Assembly: GCA_040218735.1 (NCBI GenBank)
Contig: JAVJQW010000070.1
Location: forward strand, 288,001 to 352,000
Direction of reading: 5' to 3'
DNA from: Deltaproteobacteria bacterium
GTDB taxonomy: Bacteria > Myxococcota > Kuafuiibacteriia > Kuafuiibacteriales > Kuafuiibacteriaceae
Length of the DNA: 64,000 bases
The notes under the pieces are model-generated. The model was given only the letters and a program-made list of their open reading frames with translations, was not told the origin of the DNA and ran no database searches. Each line of letters begins with the position of its first letter. The first letter of the stretch is position 1. Position numbers and translations under genes: made by a program. Of this stretch, positions 40,493-50,386 are shown in pieces.

Positions 40493-42661
40493 TCAGGCCT
40501 CCCTTCGGTTGCCGCCAACGATCTCGTTGTTGGCGTAGATCTTCACGACGTAGCGCGCCGACAGCTTCACCTCGGAGCGCGCCGGGACGCTCACCGTCCA
40601 TGACCGCCCGCCCACCAGCGGCGCACCGCGCTCCTCCTGGTCGTACCGCGTCCACGCGGGCGCGACCTCGACCTCCTCCACCACGACCTCCGCGTCCGCG
40701 TCTGGCCAGGGGATGCGCTCCCGCACCTCGCAGCGCACGTCACGGCCGAGGTTGTTCACGAGCTCCACCGCGATGTCGTGCACGAGCTCGTTCGTCGCGA
40801 CCACCGCGTCGCTCGTGCGCTGCTCCGAGAAACGTGTGTTGCGTGCGCAACGGATCGCCTGCTCGACGCCCAACCCCAACGTGAGGCGCCCCTTCGGCGC
40901 GACGTTGTCGATCGAAGTCGTGAGCACGTACTCGTCACCGACGTACAGCTCCGCCGGCCCGGACAGCAGCGGCGCGAAGAGCGGGTTCTCGATCTCCGCG
41001 ATGCGGAAGACGTTCTCGTCCTCACGCGGCACCACCACGTAGTGGACGTCGCAAGCCGACTTGCGCGTCCCGAGCGGCACCGAGTGGAAGACCCCGTCGG
41101 AGTCCACGTCCACCGGCGCGTCCGCGTCGTAGGTGTAGTCGAACGCACCCGACGCTCGCCCGACGTCGATCGCGTCCCGCGGCAGCGCGACGTCCGACGC
41201 CGCGTGCGCGCGCCGCACCGCCTGTTCGACGACGCTCAGCACGTCCAGGTCCAACGCGCGCCCGTCCCGGCTCAGTGTCTCGAGGTACTGCGCGCGCCGG
41301 TCCACCGGGAGGAGGCGCTGTCGCCGCGCCCCGTCCGCCGGGGACTGCAGCACGAGCTGTGTATAGATCGTCGCCTCCAGCACCGTGGTCGGGATGCCTC
41401 CGCTCTCCTCGCGCAGCGCGGCCGAGCGCTTCTTCTCCTTGCGACGCGCGCGGACCGTCGGCGCCGGACGCGCCGGGGCCGGCGGCGCCGAACGCATCAG
41501 CTTCGCGCTCGGCGGCGGCATCTCCGTCATCGCCATCATCTCGTCGGCCTCTTCGTCGTAGCCCTCGTCTTCGAACGCGTCGGGCTCCGGCGCCGCACCA
41601 CCCACGGAAGACATCGCCGCCATCATCGAAGGATCCATGCCCCCGCCGTAGGCCGGGTGCTGCCGCTCCACGGTCACCGACGGCGCCACGATGTTCGTCG
41701 ACGGCGCCACGAAGGGCTCGGCCGGCGGCACCATGCGCGAAGTGGCCTGCAGCGCGCGGTCGTAGTCGGCGTACAGCTGCGATGCTCCCGCCGGCGGCGG
41801 CCTGAAGCCCCGCTTCGAGGACGGCGACGCCTGACGTTTGCCGATGCGCAGCGCCGACAGCTCGGGTAGCTCCGTCCACGTCATCGGGTTCGCGGTCGAT
41901 AGCGACAGGCGAACGCCCCGCCAGTCCTCCCCGCTCTGCTGACACACCAGCGCCCGCTGAACGATCTCCGCGGAGGTCGCGTCCTTCGCGAGGCGCACCT
42001 GGTAGGCCGGCGCCCAGCGCGCGCCGCCCACGTGGTAATCGAGCGCGAGCACCGCCCGGGTCGCCGAGCCGGAGAGCTTCGCGACCACGGTCTTGGTGAC
42101 CTCCTGCGTCGAGATTCGCCGTGCGGTCGACGCCTCCTCCCGCCGCATCCGCAGCTCGGTGAGGCGCTTCTTCAGCTGCGTGATCTCGTCTTCGATCGTG
42201 CGGCGCCGTTCCGAGCGCGTCGTCCGGGCGTCGTGCACGAACGACTCGAGCAGCTCACGCGCCGCGATCGGCGAGGCCGGGGGTGCCTTGCCCTCCTCCG
42301 GCTCGGGCCGCGCCGGCACCTCCATGTCGCCGAGCAGCGCATTCTCCAGCTCGAGATCTTCGCGCTCGACGTCGAGCTTCTCGATGCGTCGCTCCAGCTC
42401 GCGGATCTCGGCTTCGTCCGGCGGCTCGGGGAGCGAGCCCTTTGGCGCGACATACAGGCCGACGTGGACGCTTCGCACCACGAGGTCCGCGCCCCCTTCG
42501 GCCTCGATGACCGACACCCGGACGGTGCCGTCGGTCAACGCGAGCGGGAGGCCGGGTATCGAGACGGTGTCCTCGACGGGCGCGACCTCCACGCGGCGGC
42601 GGACCCGGGCGCCCTGACGGTAGACGGTGACTCGTTCGATCGAGGACTCGACTTCGCGCAT
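40493..42661 (-). CDS. DUF4140/DUF4139 (MuiA-like) protein, long paralogue
   Basis: IERVTVYRQGARVRR, ARWAPAYQVRL, QQSGEDWRGVRLSLSTA, LLSGPAELYVG, VRERIP. Confidence 0.85.
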   Translation of the reverse strand: MREVESSIERVTVYRQGARVRRRVEVAPVEDTVSIPGLPLALTDGTVRVSVIEAEGGADLVVRSVHVGLYVAPKGSLPEPPDEAEIRELERRIEKLDVEREDLELENALLGDMEVPARPEPEEGKAPPASPIAARELLESFVHDARTTRSERRRTIEDEITQLKKRLTELRMRREEASTARRISTQEVTKTVVAKLSGSATRAVLALDYHVGGARWAPAYQVRLAKDATSAEIVQRALVCQQSGEDWRGVRLSLSTANPMTWTELPELSALRIGKRQASPSSKRGFRPPPAGASQLYADYDRALQATSRMVPPAEPFVAPSTNIVAPSVTVERQHPAYGGGMDPSMMAAMSSVGGAAPEPDAFEDEGYDEEADEMMAMTEMPPPSAKLMRSAPPAPARPAPTVRARRKEKKRSAALREESGGIPTTVLEATIYTQLVLQSPADGARRQRLLPVDRRAQYLETLSRDGRALDLDVLSVVEQAVRRAHAASDVALPRDAIDVGRASGAFDYTYDADAPVDVDSDGVFHSVPLGTRKSACDVHYVVVPREDENVFRIAEIENPLFAPLLSGPAELYVGDEYVLTTSIDNVAPKGRLTLGLGVEQAIRCARNTRFSEQRTSDAVVATNELVHDIAVELVNNLGRDVRCEVRERIPWPDADAEVVVEEVEVAPAWTRYDQEERGAPLVGGRSWTVSVPARSEVKLSARYVVKIYANNEIVGGNRREA

Positions 42662-42694
42662 GGCTGGCGAGCCCGAGTTACCACGAATCCGAGG

Positions 42695-43159
42695 TCACGG
42701 CGCCTGGTGCACCACCTTGCCGAACCCGTCGTTGAGCACGATGCGGGGGCGGCCCTTCGCGTCGATGCCCAGCTCGACCGCCGCTTTGCTCGTGGCCTGC
42801 ATGAATCGCACGTGGGCCGCGCCGTCCGGCGCGATCTCGATCGTTCCGGTGCGCTGGGTGTTCTTCAGTCGGAGCGCAACGCTGCCGTCCGACATCACCG
42901 TCATCCCCGCGTCGGAGCGGCCGCCGGGGCCCTGCATGAGGAAGCTCACGGCGCCGTCGTCGGTCAGCGCCAGCTGCGCGCGGCTGTTGCCGGACTCGTC
43001 GACCAGCACAAACGCCCGCGCGTCGACGACGGCCGGCGCCGTCCGCTTCGCAGCGACCAGCCCGACCGCGAGGACAGCCACCACCGCGAGCGCGATCGTG
43101 TGCCTCAGGCGACGTTCGAGGCGCCGCACGCGGGATTCAAGGTTCTCTTCGGGGTGCAT
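42695..43159 (-). CDS. Membrane-anchored protein with beta-hairpin repeats
   Basis: LESRVRRLERR plus a TM helix, then AFVLVDESGNSRAQL and repeated ..DG..L units; start ATG 43159. Confidence 0.7.
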   Translation of the reverse strand: MHPEENLESRVRRLERRLRHTIALAVVAVLAVGLVAAKRTAPAVVDARAFVLVDESGNSRAQLALTDDGAVSFLMQGPGGRSDAGMTVMSDGSVALRLKNTQRTGTIEIAPDGAAHVRFMQATSKAAVELGIDAKGRPRIVLNDGFGKVVHQAP

Positions 43160-43225
43160 GGCCGACAGAGGACCATGAGCCGGGTGCGTTGATAAAGCGG
43201 TCGGGTTGTCCGAGACTGTGCGCCC

Positions 43226-45913
43226 CTGGCGGAGGCGACCTACCACGTCCGGAATCCCGATGGTTCGGAGCTCATAGGGCTCACGGAGACGGACGTGTGC
43301 GCCGCGATCGAGGCGGGACGCATCGACTTCGACGCCGTCGCCTCCACCGACGCGTCGCCCGGCTTCCTCCCCGTCGCGAACCTTCCGCGCTTTCGGCGCG
43401 CGTTCGAAGAGCGCCTTCGCGCGGGCGCGCTGAACCTCGACGACCGGCCGCTGGTCGGCGCGTTCGAGGGCCCCTTCGTCGAGGACGAGCCGACCCCGTC
43501 GAGCAGCGCACACCTCGTGGTGCCGGTGCCCGACGCGACCGGCGCCGCGCCGCCCGGGCTGGTGATGGTGCCCGGGCTCCTCGACGAGAGCGACGAGCAC
43601 GACCAGGACGCCACCTCCGACAACGCGAGCACCGGCCACATCACCGACCGCGACACGCTGATCGGCGGCGACGCCTCCGAGGGACACGACACGTTCATCC
43701 AGGGCGCAGCCCCGTCGGAGGCCACCGCGGACCTCGACGCCGAGCGCGCGGAGGCGGACGCGATCGCCGACCGGGCGGACGCGGCGGCGTTCGCCGTCGA
43801 TGGGTTCGGCGTCGGCGGGTTCGGCGCCGGCGAGGCGTTGGAGGGGGTCGCCGCGAACCCAGATACCGGCCGCGGCGACCCGGCGCTGGAGGCTGCGTTC
43901 GGCGCCCAGGACGATGCGGCTTCGAGGGCCGGCGCCGCCTTCGGGGCCGCCGGGAGCGAGGTGCCCCCGCTCGACAGCGATCCCAACCTCCGCACGGCGT
44001 TCGGCGCGCCGAGCCACAACACACCCAGCCCGCGCGCGCGGCCCGGCCACGACGTGCCGGCGCTCGACAGCGACTCCGGCCTCCGCACCGCCTTCGCCCC
44101 CGCCGGACACGACGTCCCGGCGGTCGACAGCGACGCCGGCCTCCGCACCGCCTTCACGCCCGCCGACCGAGGCGTGTCCCATCGCGGTGACGCCAGCCCA
44201 CGCACTCCGCTCGCCGGCCACGACGTCCCCGCGCTCGACAGCGACTCCGGCCTCCGCACCGCCTTCGCGCCCGCGGGACACGACGTTCCGCCGCCCGACC
44301 ATAACGCCGACGTGCTCGCGCCGGCCGGACACGACGTCCCGTCCCTCGACAGTGACGCCGCGCTCCGCAGCGCCTTCGCGCCGTCCGGACACGACGTCCC
44401 CGCACTCGACAGCGACCCGGGCCTTCGCACCGCGTTCGCTCCGGCCGGACACGACGTCCCCGCCCTCGACAGCGACACGGGCCTTCGCACCGCCTTTGCG
44501 CCCGCCGGACACGACGTCCCGCCGCTGGACAGCGACTCCGGCCTCCGTACCGCCTTCGGCGTGCTGTTGGATCCAGACACGCTGGGCCCCACGACGGATC
44601 CGGCGTCGCCCTCCGGGCGGATCGACGATCCCGAGGCGACCGACGACGCCGCGCTCCTCGCCCACCACGGCGGTGACGCGGCGCCGTCGAGGCCTCCGCC
44701 GAACGGGGGGCGCCTCGAGGACACCGACCACGACGTGGCGGCCGAGCCCGCGAGGGGCCGCGCGCCGGCTGCTTCGGACCTCCTCCGCGTTCCCCCCACG
44801 GGCGACGCGGCGACGGCACGCCTCTCCCGAGCGCGCGACCTCGAGGACACCGAGGACGACGCGGCGGGGCGCACGCTCCCGCGCGCCCGCGTCACGCCCA
44901 CGCCCGACCGAATCGACGGCCCGGACCCCTCCGACGGTGAGCCCCCCACGCTGCGCCCGGGCGACGCGACGGCGGTCGGCGTGCGCACCGTGGTCGGGAC
45001 GCCCGAAGATCGCGACCTCGACACCCTCGTCGGCGGCGGCCTCCCCGACGGCCTCGACATGCCCACCGACTCCGGCGTGCGCGTCACGGGCGCCGACATC
45101 GACGAGGTGCACCCGACCGACACGCAGGTCGCGGTGGTGCACCCGGACGAGGACTTCCAGCCGGAGGACCTTGCGCTCACCAGCCAGGACGATCCGATGC
45201 CCCCCGAGCACACGCCGCCGCCCGCGGACGCCGCGCCGATCGCACACGGCGCGATCGCGATGCCCACCCCGGCGGCACGCTCGATGACCCCGCTGTGGAT
45301 CGTGCTCGGCGCCTGGGTGCTCCTCACGGGGACGATGTTCTTTGCGTCGGTGGCCCGCGACGGCGGCGCGGCCGAGGCGGCCTGGCGCCCCGCGAGCGCC
45401 GTGCTCTGGCTCCGCATCGCCCTCACCGGCGGCGTCGGCGGCCTCCTCGCGTTGGCGCTGAAGCGCGCCCTCCCCGTCACGAAGCAGCTGCTGCGGCTGT
45501 CGTGGGAGTGGGCCGGCATCGCGATCCTCGCCGGCGCCTGCGTGGGTGCGATGGCGCCGTTTTCACGCCCGGAAGCCCCGCTCGCGATCGCGCTGATCCT
45601 CGCCGCGACCCTCGCCATCGCCGAGGAGGCCTTCTTCCGCGGGGTCCTCGGACGGGTCCTCGCGGTCAGCCCGCTGAAGAACCGTACGGCGATCGCGATC
45701 GCCGCGATCCTCTACGGCCTCTACTACGGCACGTACTTCGTCATCTGGCAGCACGACGACCCACTGCAGACCGCGCTCGCGCTCACGATGATCACCGTCG
45801 GCGCCGCGCTGCCCTACGCGATCCTGCAGGACCTCACCAAGGGCGTCCTCGCACCGCTGCTCTGCCACGTCTCGGTCAACGTCGCGGGTGTCCTGGTGCG
45901 CACCTACTTCTGA
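43226..45913 (+). CDS. GYF-like / acidic repeat / CPBP (CAAX-protease, Abi) membrane protein
   Basis: C-terminal EEAFFRG and CHVSVN CPBP motifs in TM helices; long acidic low-complexity linker; frame open upstream of the ORF-track start (43295) to a CTG at 43226. Confidence 0.75.
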   Translation: MAEATYHVRNPDGSELIGLTETDVCAAIEAGRIDFDAVASTDASPGFLPVANLPRFRRAFEERLRAGALNLDDRPLVGAFEGPFVEDEPTPSSSAHLVVPVPDATGAAPPGLVMVPGLLDESDEHDQDATSDNASTGHITDRDTLIGGDASEGHDTFIQGAAPSEATADLDAERAEADAIADRADAAAFAVDGFGVGGFGAGEALEGVAANPDTGRGDPALEAAFGAQDDAASRAGAAFGAAGSEVPPLDSDPNLRTAFGAPSHNTPSPRARPGHDVPALDSDSGLRTAFAPAGHDVPAVDSDAGLRTAFTPADRGVSHRGDASPRTPLAGHDVPALDSDSGLRTAFAPAGHDVPPPDHNADVLAPAGHDVPSLDSDAALRSAFAPSGHDVPALDSDPGLRTAFAPAGHDVPALDSDTGLRTAFAPAGHDVPPLDSDSGLRTAFGVLLDPDTLGPTTDPASPSGRIDDPEATDDAALLAHHGGDAAPSRPPPNGGRLEDTDHDVAAEPARGRAPAASDLLRVPPTGDAATARLSRARDLEDTEDDAAGRTLPRARVTPTPDRIDGPDPSDGEPPTLRPGDATAVGVRTVVGTPEDRDLDTLVGGGLPDGLDMPTDSGVRVTGADIDEVHPTDTQVAVVHPDEDFQPEDLALTSQDDPMPPEHTPPPADAAPIAHGAIAMPTPAARSMTPLWIVLGAWVLLTGTMFFASVARDGGAAEAAWRPASAVLWLRIALTGGVGGLLALALKRALPVTKQLLRLSWEWAGIAILAGACVGAMAPFSRPEAPLAIALILAATLAIAEEAFFRGVLGRVLAVSPLKNRTAIAIAAILYGLYYGTYFVIWQHDDPLQTALALTMITVGAALPYAILQDLTKGVLAPLLCHVSVNVAGVLVRTYF
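43952..44560 (+). repeat. Coding 60-nt tandem repeat (GHDVPALDSDSGLRTAFAPA)
   Basis: Eight near-complete copies and one degenerate copy, interrupted by two unique inserts; much of the variation is at third codon positions. Confidence 0.88.
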
Positions 45914-45919
45914 CGCAGG

Positions 45920-47005
45920 TCAGTCCTCTTCGGGGTTGATCGCCAGCTCGTTACCGCGCGCGTCGACGACGCGGATCTCGCAGCGCCGGTTCTTGGCGCG
46001 ACCCTCACGGGTCGCGTTCGACTCGACCGGGTGCCACTCACCGAAGCCCCGCACGGAGAGGCGCTCGGACCCGACCCCGGCGTTCACGAGGTAGTCGACG
46101 ACCGCCCGCGCGCGCCGCGTGGAGAGCGCGAGGTTGAACGCATCCGGGCCCGTCGAGTCGGCGTGTCCGCCGACCTGCACCCGAAGCTCGAGGTGCTCCT
46201 TCAACAGCGACACCGCTCGGTCGAGCGCCGGGTAGTTGTTGGGACGGAGCTTCGCGATGCCCCACGGGAAGAACACGCGTCCGAGCTCCTCGACCACCAT
46301 CTGCGCCGGCACCTGAAGGCGCTGCACGACCTCGATCGGATCCGGCTCAACGGGCTCGGGCTCCGGTTCGGGCTGAGGCTCGGGCGCCGCCAACGCGTCG
46401 GCCACGAAGACCACCGGCGGCGGCTCCTCGTCCTGACGCCACAGCGTGAACGTCAGCCCGGCCGTCACCTCGAAGTGACTCGTGTTGCCCGCGCCCGGCC
46501 CCTCGGCCGCGGTCCAGATCTGCCGTCCGTCGGCGCGCACCGAGAGCCACTCCGCGGCGTAGAACTTCAGGCCCGCACCCCAGTGCAACGAGCGGTCGAC
46601 GTCGTTGCCGACCTCGCTGCGCGAACCGAGGTACCCGCCACCGGCCACCACGAACGGCGTCACGCGCCAGGGGAGCTGGAAGACACCGTGCGCACGCGCC
46701 GTGAAGAGGTTCACCGACTCGTTGCGCGCGTTCTTCTGCGGCATCACGCCGCCCTCGAGCTCGGCGCCCACCCACGCGAGCGGGAAGTACGCCGCGCGGA
46801 GCGAGAGCGTCGGACCGAGGCGATTCAGCGGAGACGGGAAGGACTGCGTCGAGTCGTACAGCTCGTGGTTCTGGGACGGGACGAACGCACCGCTGAAGAT
46901 GCCCAGCTCCAGCATGTTGTCGGTCGGAAACAGGCGCTCCTCGGCCGAGGCCGAGGTGGCCGAGAGCAGGAACAGCGCGGCGAGGCTCGCACGGAGAAAC
47001 AACAT
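45920..47005 (-). CDS. OmpA-family outer-membrane protein
   Basis: Signal peptide, N-terminal beta-barrel, PEPQPEPEP linker, C-terminal GHADSTG..FNLALSTRRA, GFGE..P and NRRCE motifs. Confidence 0.9.
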   Translation of the reverse strand: MLFLRASLAALFLLSATSASAEERLFPTDNMLELGIFSGAFVPSQNHELYDSTQSFPSPLNRLGPTLSLRAAYFPLAWVGAELEGGVMPQKNARNESVNLFTARAHGVFQLPWRVTPFVVAGGGYLGSRSEVGNDVDRSLHWGAGLKFYAAEWLSVRADGRQIWTAAEGPGAGNTSHFEVTAGLTFTLWRQDEEPPPVVFVADALAAPEPQPEPEPEPVEPDPIEVVQRLQVPAQMVVEELGRVFFPWGIAKLRPNNYPALDRAVSLLKEHLELRVQVGGHADSTGPDAFNLALSTRRARAVVDYLVNAGVGSERLSVRGFGEWHPVESNATREGRAKNRRCEIRVVDARGNELAINPEED

Positions 47006-47105
47006 GACCTCCCCGTGTCGATCGGCCCGCCGGGGGCGGCGTTGAAACAGGTGTATCGAAGCGAGCCGTTGCCGTCCGAGACGAAAGCCCGTACCACCTC
47101 GGGCC

Positions 47106-47867
47106 ATGGACAGCCCCCTGAAGGACAAGGTCGCGATCGTCACCGGCGCCAGCCGCGGAATCGGGGAGGCCATCGCGCGCACGATGGCCGCCCAGGGGGC
47201 CCGCGTGGTCCTCGCCTCGCGCAAACAGCCGGGCCTCGACGCCGTGAAGGCGCAGATCGAAGCGGACGGCGGCGAGGCAATCGCGGTCGCGTGTCACACC
47301 GGCGACCCGGAGCAAATCCGCGCGCTCGTCGCGAAGACCGTCGAGACGTACGGGCAGGTCGACGCCCTCGTGAACAACGCGGCGACCAACCCCTACTTCG
47401 GCCCGATGCTCGGGGTCGAGACGGCGGCCTGGGACAAGACGTTCGACGTCAACGTGCGCGGGTACTTCGAAGCGAGCCGCGCCGTCGCCGAGCACCTGAT
47501 GGAGGCCAAACGCCCCGGCGCAATCGTCAACGTGTCGAGCATCCTCGGCCTCCGCGGCGGACGCTTCCAGGGGGTCTACGCGATGACGAAGGCCGCGGTG
47601 ATCTCGATGACGAAGACCCTCGCGATCGAGCTCGGCCCGGAGCAGATCCGCGTCAACGCCGTCGCGCCCGGGTTCATCGAGACCAAGTTCTCGCAGGCGC
47701 TCGTCGACAACCCGCAGATCAAGGAGATGATCCTGACGCGCACCCCGCTCGGTCGCATCGGAGCGCCGGAGGACATCGCGCCGCTGGTGAGCTTCCTCGC
47801 GAGCGACGCGTCGTCGTTCATCACCGGCGCGACGTTCACCGCCGACGGCGGCCTCACCGTGGAGTGA
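47106..47867 (+). CDS. Classical SDR oxidoreductase (DHRS4-like)
   Basis: TGASRGIG, NNAATNP, YAMTK, RVNAVAPG. Confidence 0.92.
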   Translation: MDSPLKDKVAIVTGASRGIGEAIARTMAAQGARVVLASRKQPGLDAVKAQIEADGGEAIAVACHTGDPEQIRALVAKTVETYGQVDALVNNAATNPYFGPMLGVETAAWDKTFDVNVRGYFEASRAVAEHLMEAKRPGAIVNVSSILGLRGGRFQGVYAMTKAAVISMTKTLAIELGPEQIRVNAVAPGFIETKFSQALVDNPQIKEMILTRTPLGRIGAPEDIAPLVSFLASDASSFITGATFTADGGLTVE

Positions 47868-49650
47868 GGAGCGCTTCGAGGTTTCGGCGGGCGAGCGTCG
47901 ACGCCGACGGGGCGCGTTCGACCTTCGGCCGGCGCGGCACCTCCCCGAGCTTCACCTCGATCGTCCGCAGCTTCCGACGCCGCGACAGCAACACCTGCAC
48001 CTTCGTGCCCGGCTCGCGGCCCGTGAGATCGCGACCGGCCCCCTCGATGCGATCGCCGTCGTAGGCGATCAGCTCGTCGCCGACCTCGATGCCCGCGACG
48101 TACGCCGGCGTCCCGCGGAGGACCTCCGTCACCACGTTGTCCTTCGAGTGTTCGACGCCGAGGTACGCGGACTCGCTCTTGTCGTTCTTCGCGAAGCGGA
48201 GCCCGTAGAAGTCGAACGCGTCGTCGTAGTCGAACGGCCGGGTGGTCCGCACCATCGACATGACGAGGTCCCGCACCGCGGGGCCGCCGACCGCTTCGAA
48301 GACGTCGAACAACGCTTCGCTCGAGAACCCGACCTCCCCCGCGTACTGCCGGTAGGCCTCGCGCATCACGTCGTCGAGCGATCGTCGACCGCGCGTCGCG
48401 TCGCGGATGGCGGCGTCCGCGAGGAACGCGACCACCGCCCCCTGCGAATAGTAGCTGACCGAAGTGTTGTGGGCGTTTTCGTCGGGCCGGTAGAACTTGA
48501 TCCACGCGTCGTACGACGCCTCCGCCAACGACTGGTGGTGACGCCCCGGCCGCGTCTGGACGCGCTCGATGTTCTTCGACAGCGCCCCGAGCCACTGCGC
48601 TTCCGTCATCAAGCCGGCGCGCGCGAGGAGGAGGTCGTCGTAGTACGACGTGAAGCCTTCCACGAACCACAGGTCCTCCGTGTAGACCTCGTTTTCGTAG
48701 TCGAACGGTCCGAGCGCCCGTGGTCGCAGCCGTTTGCCGTTCCAGGCGTGGAAGAGCTCGTGGCTCATCACGCCGAGCCAGCCGCGATACGCGTCGTCGT
48801 CGCGGGTTGCGAAGCGGGTCCCCATCACGACGGTCGAAGCGCCGTGCTCGAGCCCCCCGCCCGTCTCCACGAGGACGTTCATGAACACGTAGCGATCGAA
48901 CGGCGTGCCGGGCCAGAACGCCTGCTGCGTCGCGGCGAGCTTGGCGACGTCCGTCGCTGCGCGCTCCGTGTCGAAGTCGTCGTCGCCGCCGACCGTCGCA
49001 AGGACGTACTTGGTGCCGTCGATGTCGAACGTCTGCGTGTCGGGCTGGCCGAGCAGGATGGGCGCGTCGACGAGCGCGTCGAAGTCCTTCGCGACGAACC
49101 ACGCGTCCGCGCGGGGGAGCGCCGCCAACGCCTCCGGGTACGGGTGCTCGAGCCGCACGCGGTGTTGGCGATCGAGGTGGTCGACGTCCGTCACGAACAC
49201 CGACGCGCCGTTCAGCATCGCGAAGTCCGCACCGATGAAGCTCCCCCGCACGCTGAGGTCGCGCCCGTAGACGCGGTACGTCAGCTTCACGCCCGCGCGC
49301 CCGGAGGCGTCGACGCGCCAGCGGTTCTTCCGGACCTTTTCGACGGACAGGGGCGCACCGCTGTCGTCGAACGCGCGCACGCCTTCCACGTGCCGCGCGT
49401 ACTCGCGAACCAGGTACGAGCCCGGGGTCCACGTCGGCATCATGAACGTCACGGCGTCGCGACCGTCGGTGGGGACCGCGACCTGCACGTCGACGACGTG
49501 CTGGCGGTGGCCGTCGAACGTGAGGCGATACGTCGTCGCGTCCGGGTCGAGCTCGACGGCGGGGGCCTCGCGCACGCCCGCGTCATGGGGGACGCGGGAC
49601 TTCGCGGGGCACCCGGCGAGCAGAAGCGCGAAGATTGCGAACCGCTTCAT
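47854..49650 (-). CDS. M61 glycyl aminopeptidase with PDZ domain, lipoprotein
   Basis: Lipobox LLLAGC, PTWTPGSY, GGGLEH, HELFHAWN.KRLRP, LWFVEGFTSYY, C-terminal PDZ (TPAYVAGIEVGDEL); start ATG 49650. Confidence 0.92.
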   Translation of the reverse strand: MKRFAIFALLLAGCPAKSRVPHDAGVREAPAVELDPDATTYRLTFDGHRQHVVDVQVAVPTDGRDAVTFMMPTWTPGSYLVREYARHVEGVRAFDDSGAPLSVEKVRKNRWRVDASGRAGVKLTYRVYGRDLSVRGSFIGADFAMLNGASVFVTDVDHLDRQHRVRLEHPYPEALAALPRADAWFVAKDFDALVDAPILLGQPDTQTFDIDGTKYVLATVGGDDDFDTERAATDVAKLAATQQAFWPGTPFDRYVFMNVLVETGGGLEHGASTVVMGTRFATRDDDAYRGWLGVMSHELFHAWNGKRLRPRALGPFDYENEVYTEDLWFVEGFTSYYDDLLLARAGLMTEAQWLGALSKNIERVQTRPGRHHQSLAEASYDAWIKFYRPDENAHNTSVSYYSQGAVVAFLADAAIRDATRGRRSLDDVMREAYRQYAGEVGFSSEALFDVFEAVGGPAVRDLVMSMVRTTRPFDYDDAFDFYGLRFAKNDKSESAYLGVEHSKDNVVTEVLRGTPAYVAGIEVGDELIAYDGDRIEGAGRDLTGREPGTKVQVLLSRRRKLRTIEVKLGEVPRRPKVERAPSASTLARRNLEALLTPR

Positions 49651-50282
49651 CCGCCGCTCTTCACCGCGGCTTCGATGCGCTCGAACAGGTCGAGGCGGTC
49701 GACGAGGTCTTCGAGGTAGTCCAGCTCGTCGGTGTCGATCACCAGGGTCTCGGAGAGGTCGTAGCGATCGAACCAGTCCTCGTAGAGCGACTGCAGCCGT
49801 TCGAGGTAGCGGCGCGGGATGTCCTGCTCCTCGGGGCGACCGCGTTGTTTGATGCGGCGACGCACCGTCCGCAGCCCGCACCGCAGGTAGATCATCAAGG
49901 TCGGTGGACGGAGCTCCTGGATGATCGCTTCGTAGAGCGAGCGATACGTGAGGTAGTCGCGCTTCGACATCTTGCGCTGGCGGTACAGGTTCTCCGCGAA
50001 GATCTCTGCGTCCTCGTAGATCGTGCGGTCCTGGATGACCGCCTCGTCGATCGACGAGAGCTGCTGGTGGATCCGAAACTTCGTCGACAGGAAGTACAGC
50101 TGCGAGTGGAATGCCCACTGCTTCATGTCGGCGTAGAAGTCCTCCAGGTACGGGTTCGTCTCGTTCGGCTCGTAGTAGGGGCGCAGCCCGTAGGTCTTGC
50201 TCAGGAACGCGACGAGCGTGGACTTTCCGGCGCCGATGTTGCCGGCGACCGCGATGAAGCGACGGGGTCCGAGGGTCCGCAA
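49647..50282 (-). CDS. Deoxynucleoside kinase (dAK/dGK family)
   Basis: AGNIGAGKST, NPYLEDFY, QLYFL, QDRTIYED, RIKQRGRPEE. Confidence 0.92.
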   Translation of the reverse strand: MRTLGPRRFIAVAGNIGAGKSTLVAFLSKTYGLRPYYEPNETNPYLEDFYADMKQWAFHSQLYFLSTKFRIHQQLSSIDEAVIQDRTIYEDAEIFAENLYRQRKMSKRDYLTYRSLYEAIIQELRPPTLMIYLRCGLRTVRRRIKQRGRPEEQDIPRRYLERLQSLYEDWFDRYDLSETLVIDTDELDYLEDLVDRLDLFERIEAAVKSGG

Positions 50283-50386
50283 GGTCGGCCGGGACCATAG
50301 CGCAGGCGCGCGCCCGGAACGCCCTTTCGCGGCAGGTGAGACATTGTAGGCAACTCGGACACTTTCAAAACCGATAAGGAACGTAC

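Noticed and set aside
43952-44560. Repeats with unique inserts resembling a CRISPR array
   Set aside because: Units are 60 nt, in frame, mostly directly adjacent and vary at synonymous positions; no cas genes nearby. This is a protein repeat.
43160-45618. Long minus-strand ORFs of 850 aa and 792 aa
   Set aside because: Antisense shadows of the repeat/CPBP gene; only the last 154 codons of the 850-aa ORF (42695-43159) look like a real protein.
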